From assembly GCA_002269645.1 (NCBI GenBank), contig NIVC01003416.1, positions 1 to 64,000 on the forward strand: a stretch of 64,000 nt of DNA. Direction: 5' to 3'. The notes beneath the pieces were generated by a model that worked only from the letters and a program-made list of their open reading frames with translations, was not told the DNA's origin and searched no databases. The position numbers were made by a program, and so were the translations under genes. Source of the stretch: Macrostomum lignano (taxonomy: Eukaryota). Below are positions 13,501 through 25,200 of the stretch, piece after piece; positions within the stretch are counted from its first letter, which is position 1, and each line of letters starts with the position of its first letter.

Positions 13501-16500
13501 ATCAGAAATTTTCCTGGCACGGTACATGCATCCTGGCTAAGAAATTGCTCAATGTTAAAGGGATTAAATATTCGAAAAACATGCTTTTTTGCAAAGGTCA
13601 AGCCAAATTTTCGACTTGAAATGCATTGTAAGAATGCTAGAGAAAAAACTGACTGACTGAATTCCGATTGTGCTAAAGATTGCATCACAACAAGTTGAAA
13701 ACAGTGCCGAAGAAATGCACACACGACTTGATTGAAATTGCGTAACCATATTGCTAACTTAAATTGAGACTGATACTGGCTGACTGAGAAATTGATTATG
13801 TCATAACTTTTTACTCCAATTGACTTGCTGTAAGAATTGAATTATAAGGGCCACAATTCATGTTCTCCAATTGAAAAGAGATAGCCCTGATGCGAACAGA
13901 CTGGAATGCTAATGTAGCGACCTGGGTTCGAATCTCAGTAGTGCAAAAAGATTTTTTTATTAAAACACCTTAAAAACACAACAAAACTGCTAAACATCAA
14001 AGAAGCGCAATGTCAAACATAGAAGAGCCAACATATCGAACATAAAAGAGTTACCATGTCAAACATAAAAGAGCTACCATGTCGAACATTAAAGAGCTAC
14101 CATGTCGAACATTAAAGAGCCACCATGTCAAACATAAAAGAGCCACCATGTCAAACATAAAACAGCCACCATTTCGAACATTAAAGAGCCACCATTTCGA
14201 ACATTAAAGAGCCACCATTTTGAACATTAAAGAGCCACTATGTCAAACAATTAAGAGCCACCATGTCAAACATAAAAGAGCCACTTTGTCGAACATTAAA
14301 GAGCCACCATGTCAAACATAAAAGAGCCAACATGTCAGACATTAAAAAGCCACCGTATCAAACATAAAAGAGTTACCATGTAGAACAAAAAAGATCCACC
14401 ATGTCGAACATAAAAGAGCCACCATGTCAAACATAAAGAGCCACCATGTCAAACATTTAGGAGCCACCATGTCAAACATATATGTGACTTTATGTCAAAT
14501 ATTAAAGAGCCACCATGTGAAACATTAAAGAGCCACCATGTCGAACATAAAAGAGCCACCATGTCAAACCTAAAAGAGCCACCATGTCGAACATAAAAGA
14601 GCCACAATGTCAAACATTAAAGAGCCACCATTTCAAACCTAAAGGAGCCACCATGTCGAACATTAAAGAGCCACCATGTCGAACATAAAAGAGCCACCAT
14701 ATCAAACATAAAAGAGTTACCATGTCAAACATTAAAGAGCCACCATGTCAAACATAAAAGAGACAACATGTCAGACATTAAAAAGCCACCGTATCAAACA
14801 TAAAAGAGCCACCATGTCAAACATTAAAGAGCCACCATTTCAAACCTAAAAGAGCCACCATGTCAAACATTAAAGAGCCACCATGTCGAACATTCAAAAG
14901 CCACCATGTCAAACATTAAAGAGCCACCATGTTGAACATAAAAGAGCCACCATATCAAACATAAAAGAGTTACCATGTCAAACATTAAAGAGCCACCATA
15001 TCGAACATTAAAGAGCAGCCATGTCAAACATTAAAGAGCCACATTGTCAAGCATTAAAGACCCACCATTTCAAATCTAAAAGAGCCACCATGTCAAACAT
15101 TAAAGAGCCACCATGTCAAATATTAAAGAGCCACCATGTCAAACATTAAGAAGCCACCATGTCAAACATTAAAAAGCCACAATGTCAAACATTAAAGAGC
15201 CAAAATTTCAAACCTAAAGGAGCCACCATGTCGAACATACAAGAGCCACCATGTCAAACATTAAAGAGTCACCATGTCAAACATTAAAGAGCCACCGTTT
15301 CAAACCTAAAAGAGCCACCATGTCGAACATTAAAAAGCCACCATGTCAAACATTAAAGAGCCACAATGTCAAACATTAAAGAGCCAAAATTTCAAACCTA
15401 AAGGAGCCACCATGTCGAACATTAAAGAGCCACCATGTGAAACATAAAAGAGCCACCATATCAAACATACATGTAAAAGAGTTACTATGTTAAAAATTAA
15501 AGAGCCACCATGTCGAACATAAAACAGACACTATTAAGAACATTAAAGAGCCACCATGTCGAACATTAAAGAGCCACCATGTCGAACATTAAAGAGCCAC
15601 CATGTCAAACATAAAACAGCCACCATTTCGAAAATTAAGGAGCCACCATTTCGAAATTAAGGAGCCACCATGTCGAACATTAAAGAGCCACCTTGTCAAA
15701 TATTAAAGAGCCACGATGTCAAACATTAAAGAGCCACCATTTCAAACCTAAAGGAGCCACCATGTCGAACATTAAAGAGCCACCATGTCGAACATAAAAG
15801 AGCCACCATGTCGAACATAAAACAGACACCATTAAGAACATTAAAGAGCCACCATGTCGAACATTAAAGAGCCACCATGTCGAACATTAAAGAGCCACCA
15901 TGTGAAACATAAAAGAGCCACCATTTCGAAAATTAAGGAGCCACCATTTCGAAAATTAAAGAGCCACAATGTTAAACATTTAAGAGCCACCATTTCAAAC
16001 CTAAAGGAGCCACTATGTCAAACATAAAAGAGCCACCATATCGAACATAAAAGAGTCACCATGTTAAAAATTAAAGAGCCACCATGTCGAACATAAAACA
16101 GCCACCATTTCAAAAATTAAAGAGCCACCATGTCAAACATTAAAGAGCCACCATGTCAAACATTAAAAAGCCACCATTAAGAACATTAAAGAGCCACCAT
16201 GTCGAACATTAAAGAGCCACCATGTCGAACATAAAACAGCCACCATTTCGAAAATTAAGGAGCCACCATTTCAAACCTAAAAGAGCCACCATGTCGAACA
16301 TTAAAAAGCCACCATGTCGAACATTAAAGAGCCACCATGTCGAACATTAAAAAGCCAACATGTCGAACATTAAAAAGCCAACATGTCAAACATAAAAGAG
16401 CCACCATGTCAAACATAAAAAAGCCACCATGTCAAACATAGAAGAGCCACCATGTCAAACATAAAAGAGCCACCATGTCAAACATAAAAGAGCCACCATG

Positions 16501-19500
16501 TCAAACATAAAAGAGCCACCATGTCAAACATAAAAGAGCCACCATGTCAAACATAAAAGAGCCACCATGTCAAACATAGAAGAGCCACCATGTCAAACAT
16601 AGAAGAGCCACTATGTCAAACATAAAAGAGCCACCATGTCAAACATTCAAGATATACAATTTCAAATGTAAAGGTATAAAGCGCCATGCCAATTTAAAAG
16701 AGCCACTATGTCGCTAAGGAAATTGTCGCTCTAGCTACTTATTGTCTGGTGGATGGTTGCTATTTGGGGATGCTATCTATCTGGGGGATGCTTGCTATTT
16801 GGAGGATGCTTGCTTTCTGGGGATGCTTGCTATCTGGGCGATGCTTGCAATTTGGGGGATGCTTGCTATCTGAGGGATGCTTGCTATCTGGTGGATGCTT
16901 GCTATCTGAGGGATGCTTGCTATCTGAGTGATGCTTGCTATCTGGGGATGCTTGCTATCTGGTGGATGCTTGCTATCTGAGGGATGCTTGCTATCTGAGT
17001 GATGCTTGCTATCTGGGGGATGCTTGCTATCTGAGGGATGCTTGCTATCTGAGGGATGCTTGCTATTTGGGGTATGCTTGCTATCTGGGGAATGCTTGCT
17101 ATCTGGGGAATGCTTGCTATCTGGGGAATGTTTGCTATCTGGGGAATGCTTGCTATCTGGGGAATGCTTGCTATCTGGGGGAAGGTCAAGCCAAATTTTC
17201 GACTTGAAATGCATTGTAAGAATGCTAGAGAAAAAACTGACTGACTGAATTCCGATTGTGCTAAAGATTGCATCACAACAAGTTGAAAACAGTGCCGAAG
17301 AAATGCACACACGACTTGATTGAAATTGCGTAACCATATTGCTAACTTAAATTGAGACTGATACTGGCTGACTGAGAAATTGATTATGTCATAACTTTTT
17401 ACTCCAATTGACTTGCTGTAAGAATTGAATTATAAGGGCCACAATTCATGTTCTCCAATTGAAAAGAGATAGCCCTGATGCGAACAGACTGGAATGCTAA
17501 TGTAGCGACCTGGGTTCGAATCTCAGTAGTGCAAAAAGATTTTTTTTATTAAAACACCTTAAAAACACAACAAAACTGCTAAACATCAAAGAAGCGCAAT
17601 GTCAAACATAGAAGAGCCAACATATCGAACATAAAAGAGTTACCATGTCAAACATAAAAGAGCTACCATGTCGAACATTAAAGAGCTACCATGTCGAACA
17701 TTAAAGAGCCACCATGTCGAACATAAAAGAGCCACCATGTCAAACATAAAACAGCCACCATTTCGAACATTAAAGAGCCACCATTTCGAACATTAAAGAG
17801 CCACCATTTTGAACATTAAAGAGCCACTATGTCAAACAATTAAGAGCCACCATGTCAAACATAAAAGAGCCACTTTGTCGAACATTAAAGAGCCACCATG
17901 TCAAACATAAAAGAGCCAACATGTCAGACATTAAAAAGCCACCGTATCAAACATAAAAGAGTTACCATGTAGAACAAAAAAGATCCACCATGTCGAACAT
18001 AAAAGAGCCACCATGTCAAACATAAAGAGCCACCATGTCAAACATTTAGGAGCCACCATGTCAAACATATATGTGACTTTATGTCAAATATTAAAGAGCC
18101 ACCATGTGAAACATTAAAGAGCCACCATGTCGAACATAAAAGAGCCACCATGTCAAACCTAAAAGAGCCACCATGTCGAACATAAAAGAGCCACAATGTC
18201 AAACATTAAAAAGCCACCATGTCGAACATTAAAGAGCCACCATTTCGAACATTAAAGAGCCACCATTTTGAACATTAAAGAGCCACTATGTCAAACAATT
18301 AAGAGCCACCATGTCAAACATAAAAGAGCCACTTTGTCGAACATTAAAGAGCCACCATGTCAAACATAAAAGAGCCAACATGTCAGACATTAAAAAGCCA
18401 CCGTATCAAACATAAAAGAGTTACCATGTAGAACAAAAAAGATCCACCATGTCGAACATAAAAGAGCCACCATGTCAAACATAAAGAGCCACCATGTCAA
18501 ACATTTAGGAGCCACCATGTCAAACATATATGTGACTTTATGTCAAATATTAAAGAGCCACCATGTGAAACATTAAAGAGCCACCATGTCGAACATAAAA
18601 GAGCCACCATGTCAAACCTAAAAGAGCCACCATGTCGAACATAAAAGAGCCACAATGTCAAACATTAAAGAGCCACCATTTCAAACCTAAAGGAGCCACC
18701 ATGTCGAACATTAAAGAGCCACCATGTCGAACATAAAAGAGCCACCATATCAAACATAAAAGAGTTACCATGTCAAACATTAAAGAGCCACCATGTCAAA
18801 CATAAAAGAGACAACATGTCAGACATTAAAAAGCCACCGTATCAAACATAAAAGAGCCACCATGTCAAACATTAAAGAGCCACCATTTCAAACCTAAAAG
18901 AGCCACCATGTCAAACATTAAAGAGCCACCATGTCGAACATTCAAAAGCCACCATGTCAAACATTAAAGAGCCACCATGTTGAACATAAAAGAGCCACCA
19001 TATCAAACATACAAGAGATACCATGTCAAACATTAAAGAGCCACCATATCGAACATTAAAGAGCAGCCATGTCAAACATTAAAGAGCCACATTGTCAAGC
19101 ATTAAACACCCACCATTTCAAATCTAAAAGAGCCACCATGTCAAACATTAAAAAGCCACCATGTCAAATATTAAAGAGCCACCATTTCAAACCTAAAAGA
19201 GCCACCATGTCAAACATTAAGAAGCCACCATGTCAAACATTAAAAAGCCACAATGTCAAACATTAAAGAGCCAAAATTTCAAACCTAAAGGAGCCACCAT
19301 GTCGAACATACAAGAGCCACCATGTCAAACATTAAAGAGTCACCATGTCAAACATTAAAGAGCCACCGTTTCAAACCTAAAAGAGCCACCATGTCGAACA
19401 TTAAAAAGCCACCATGTCAAACATTAAAGAGCCACAATGTCAAAAATTAAAGAGCCAAAATTTCAAACCTAAAGGAGCCACCATGTCGAACATTAAAGAG

Positions 19501-22033
19501 CCACCATGTGAAACATAAAAGAGCCACCATATCAAACATACATGTAAAAGAGTTACTATGTTAAAAATTAAAGAGCCACCATGTCGAACATAAAACAGAC
19601 ACTATTAAGAACATTAAAGAGCCACCATGTCGAACATTAAAGAGCCACCATGTCGAACATTAAAGAGCCACCATGTCAAACATAAAACAGCCACCATTTC
19701 GAAAATTAAGGAGCCACCATTTCGAAAATTAAGGAGCCACCATGTCGAACATTAAAGAGCCACCTTGTCAAATATTAAAGAGCCACGATGTCAAACATTA
19801 AAGAGCCACCATTTCAAACCTAAAGGAGCCACCATGTCGAACATTAAAGAGCCACCATGTCGAACATAAAAGAGCCACCATGTCGAACATAAAACAGACA
19901 CCATTAAGAACATTAAAGAGCCACCATGTCGAACATTAAAGAGCCACCATGTCGAACATTAAAGAGCCACCATGTCAAACATAAAAGAGCCACCATTTCG
20001 AAAATTAAGGAGCCACCATTTCGAAAATTAAAGAGCCACAATGTTAAACATTTAAGAGCCACCATTTCAAACCTAAAGGAGCCACTATGTCAAACATAAA
20101 AGAGCCACCATATCGAACATAAAAGAGTCACCATGTTAAAAATTAAAGAGCCACCATGTCGAACATAAAACAGCCACCATTTCAAAAATTAAAGAGCCAC
20201 CATGTCAAACATTAAAGAGCCACCATGTCAAACATTAAAAAGCCACCATGTCGAACATTAAAGAGCCACCTTATCAAACATTAAAGAGCCACCATGTTAA
20301 AAATTAAAGAGCCACCATGTCGAACAATAAAGAGCCACCATGTCAAACATAAAACAGACACCATTAAGAACATTAAAGAGCCACCATGTCGAACATTAAA
20401 GAGCCACCATGTCGAACATAAAAGAGCCACCATTTCGAAAATTAAGGAGCCACCATTTCAAACCTAAAAGAGCCACCATGTCGAACATTAAAAAGCCACC
20501 ATGTCGAACATTAAAGAGCCACCATGTCGAACATTAAAAAGCCAACATGTCGAACATTAAAAAGCCAACATGTCGAACATAAAAGAGCCAACATGTCAAA
20601 CATAAAAAAGCCACCATGTCAAACATAGAAGAGCCACTATGTCAAACATAAAAGAGCCACCATGTCAAACATAAAAGAGCCACCATGTCAAACATAAAAG
20701 AGCCACCATGTCAAACATAAAAGAGCCACCATGTCAAACATAAAAGAGCCACCATGTCAAACATAGAAGAGCCACCATGTCAAACATAGAAGAGCCACTA
20801 TGTCAAACATAAAAGAGCCACCATGTCAAACATTCAAGATATACAATTTCAAATGTAAAGGTATAAAGCGCCATGCCAATTTAAAGGAGCCACTATAAAG
20901 CTAAGGAAATTGTCGCTCTAGCTACTTATTGTCTGGTGGATGGTTGCTATTTGGGGATGCTATCTATCTGGGGGATGCTTGCTATTTGGAGGATGCTTGC
21001 TTTCTGGGGGATGCTTGCTATCTGGGCGATGCTTGCAATTTGGGGGATGCTTGCTATCTGAGGGATGCTTGCTATCTGGTGGATGCTTGCTATCTGAGGG
21101 ATGCTTGCTATCTGAGTGATGCTTGCTATCTGGGGGATGCTTGCTATCTGGTGGATGCTTGCTATCTGAGGGATGCTTGCTATCTGAGTGATGCTTGCTA
21201 TCTGGGGGATGCTTGCTATCTGAGGGATGCTTGCTATCTGAGGGATGCTTGCTATTTGGGGTATGCTTGCTATCTGAGGGATGCTTGCTATCTGGGGAAT
21301 GCTTGCTATCTGGGGAATGTTTGCTATCTGGGGAATGCTTGCTATCTGGGGAATGCTTGCTATCTGGGGGATGTTTGCTATCTGGGGGATGCTTGCTATC
21401 TGGGGGATGCTTGCTATCTGGGGATGCTTGCTATTTGAGGGATGCTTGCTATCTGGGGAATGCTTGCTATCTGGGGGATGCTTGTGGTCTTGGGAAGATT
21501 TCTTATTGCAATTCACTTCATTTGAGCAGTTTGTCTGTTGTCTTTGTGAAGGATTTTTTGGCTGTCTTTTTGTTACTTGTAGAGAACAGAGATTCTATCC
21601 AGATGTCCCCCATCGGGGGGCGAAGATTGCTAGTCTAAACTATAATTAAAAGAGCTTACCTGCAGTGCACCACGACCGGGCCGGACTGGTCGCCCCCGCA
21701 GTAGGCGGCCGTCCGCTGTACAAAGTTGAGCACGGGCAGCGGATAAGCCGGCACGCCGTAGTCTGGCCACTCAGAATAGTGAAAATGGAACAATTGGCGC
21801 TCTTTCGCCAGCTTTTTTGCGCGCAAATTTCTGATAGAAAATTCCCGCATACAGTAGGCCGCCTTATTGAGCTGACGGATCAGCTTCACCGAGATGGCGC
21901 CGTACACCTCGCTGCCGCTGGAGGGCCAATACTGGTCGCATTTGCGCTGCGGAGTGCCGAGGGAAGTCTGGCGTTATATTCCTGACTACTGCTTCCCTTC
22001 AATTCAGAATATAATGTCTGTCGTTCTGTCTAC

Positions 22034-22106
<73 letters not shown>

Positions 22107-22135
22107 ATCTATCTATCTATCTATCTATCTATCTG

Positions 22136-22205
<70 letters not shown>

Positions 22206-25200
22206 CATCTACTCAGTGCCTGAATCATCAAGCAGTGACTCACCCGCCCCCGCTCCACAAAGTTGGAGATCATAACGATAGCCGTGCAGCGGTTCTCCCA
22301 CACCATTAGCCAGAAGTCGTCAAAGGTGGACGGCACCGGACCCTGACAAGCGATGTAAGCTTTGTCCCGGCGGTAGCCCTGGATTCGAGTAGGACATGGA
22401 CTTAGGAAACGGAGTAATAAGAAAAATTCGTGACAGATAAAAATAGCAAGTGACTACTTACATCAACATAGTTAGCATTGATGTAGTCGCCCATTTTTTT
22501 GCCCGGGTTTGACAGCAGAACAACTCGACTATGATCGTCTGGGTTGATTGATTTATAGGCGTGTGTGTTAGGGATGCGATCGACATGTTTGACATTTCAA
22601 TATAGACAATGAAAACAGCACCTCACTCTATAGACACCAATGCAACAGCACCTCACTCCATAGACACCAATGCAACAGCACTTCACTCCATAGACACCAA
22701 TTCAACAGCACTTCACTCCATAGACACCAATTCAACAGCACTTCACTCCATAGACACCAATTCAACAGCACTTCACTCCATAGACACCAATTCAACAGCA
22801 CTTCACTCCATAGACACCAATGCAACAGCACTTCACCCTAGGGACACAAATGCAACAGCACTTCACTCCATAGACATCAATGCAACAGCACTTCACTCCA
22901 GAGACACCAATGCAACAGCACTTCACCCTAGGGACACAAATGCAACAGCACTTCACTCCATAGACACCAATGCAACAGCACTTCACTCCATAGACACCAA
23001 TTCAACAGCACTTCACTCCATAGACACCAATTCAACAGCACTTCACTCCATAGACACCAATGCAACAGCACTTCACCCTAGGGACACAAATGCAACAGCA
23101 CTTCACTCCAGAGACACCAATGCAACAGCACTTCACCCTAGGGACACAAATGCAACAGCACTTCACTCCAGAGACACCAATGCAACAGCACTTCACTCCA
23201 TAGACACCAATTCAACAGCACTTCACTCCATAGACACCAATGCAACAGCACTTCACTCCATAGACACCAATTCAACAGCACTTCACTCCATAGACATCAA
23301 TGCAACAGCACTTCACTCCATAGACACCAATTCAACAGCACTTCACTCCATATACACTAATTCAACGGCACCTCACTCCATAGACACCAATGCAACAGCA
23401 CTTCACTCCATAGACACCAATGCAACGGCACCTCACTCCATAGACACCAATGCAACAGCACTTCACTCCATAGACACCAATTCAACAGCACTTCACTCCA
23501 TAGACACCAATTCAACAGCACTTCACTCCATAGACACCAATTCAACAGCACTTCACTCCATAGACACCAATTCAACAGCACTTCACTCCATAGACACCAA
23601 TTCAACAGCACTTCACTCCATAGACACCAATGCAACAGCACTTCACCCTAGGGACACAAATGCAACAGCACTTCACTCCATAGACATCAATGCAACAGCA
23701 CTTCACTCCAGAGACACCAATGCAACAGCACTTCACCCTAGGGACACAAATGCAACAGCACTTCACTCCATAGACACCAATGCAACAGCACTTCACTCCA
23801 TAGACACCAATTCAACAGCACTTCACTCCATAGACACCAATTCAACAGCACTTCACTCCATAGACACCAATGCAACAGCACTTCACCCTAGGGACACAAA
23901 TGCAACAGCACTTCACTCCAGAGACACCAATGCAACAGCACTTCACCCTAGGGACACAAATGCAACAGCACTTCACTCCAGAGACACCAATGCAACAGCA
24001 CTTCACTCCATAGACACCAATTCAACAGCACTTCACTCCATAGACACCAATGCAACAGCACTTCACTCCATAGACACCAATTCAACAGCACTTCACTCCA
24101 TAGACATCAATGCAACAGCACTTCACTCCATAGACACCAATTCAACAGCACTTCACTCCATAGACACCAATGCAACAGCACTTCACTCCAGAGACACCAA
24201 TTCAACAGCACTTCACTCCATAGACACCAATTCAACAGCACTTCACTCCATAGACACCAATGCAACAGCACTTCACCCTAGGGACACAAATGCAACAGCA
24301 CTTCACTCCATAGACATCAATGCAACAGCACTTCACTCCAGAGACACCAATGCAGAAACACTCCACTCCATAGACATCAATGCAACAGCACTTCACTCCA
24401 GAGACACAACTAAAGCCAATACTCACAAGGACAGATGTCAGTGTAACGGTTCTTCGACAGGTTATCAGGATGCTTGGCGTGATACGCCTGCCAATCCTTG
24501 TGCGTCACTCGTTGAATTTCTTCGAATTCGAGTTGAAAAGCGGAATTATCGTTTGCGTGGCTGGCAATCACGTGATCGCGGAATTCGGCAACGGACATGG
24601 CCTTGTGCTCTGTCTGGGAGTAGCGCTTTAACTGCGCACGAGAACTGCCGGCGCTGTGACTGCTGTGGCCGCCTTGCTCGTTGTCTGCGGCTGTTAAAGG
24701 AGTTGAAAGCGAACCTTGCTACTTAAAGTAAACACGAGCAAAATTATAAATAAAAAAAATGGACGAATCTGATAAAGATAATTATGATGAGCAGAAATTG
24801 CCAACGATTTCTCCCCGCTGTAACCGACTGCCTGGAGCCCCTGAAGCTAAGTTAAGTAACTCAAGTCATATAATGATCGATCCAATGAAAGGAAGTGGGA
24901 ATGAAATGGCCTATATATTCACCGGAAGTGTCATATAACGATTATTCCAATGACCGGATGTGGGAATAGAATGGCCTATTAACTAGCCGGAAGTGTCGTA
25001 TAATGAGTAGTACATTGACCGGAAGTGATGATCAATAGAATGCCCGGAAGTAAGGTAAAAAGATGATCAAAATAATGACCGGAAGTGAGGTCAAAGATGA
25101 TCAAAATAATGACCGGAAGTGAGGTCAAAGATGATCAAAAGAATGACCGGAAGTGAGTTTAAAGATAATCAATATAATTCCTGGAAGTGAGGTAAAGTAT

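Larger units (their letters stand above)
13414..21633 (+). mobile_element. Helitron-like element B carrying a tRNA-like module and 22-bp and 18-bp satellites, internally duplicated
   Basis: 5' tatatactaaaaatgagttgtctgtc..accgattttcttcaaacttg. 3' GC hairpin gtccccc-atc-ggggggc (21605-21621) followed by CTAG|T at 21630-21634. Confidence 0.65.

Noticed and set aside
13879-13944. Functional tRNA-Ser gene
   Set aside because: No acceptor stem, degenerate D arm, and no long variable arm.
14010-20897. GCCACCATG (perfect vertebrate Kozak) in most 22-bp units
   Set aside because: The 22-bp unit shifts frame every repeat, stops follow quickly, and the strand is antisense to the host intron. Treated as coincidence.
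16749-21649. Periodic ORFs (DACYL, IPQIAS, PDSKH)
   Set aside because: Products of the 18-bp satellite in several frames at once.
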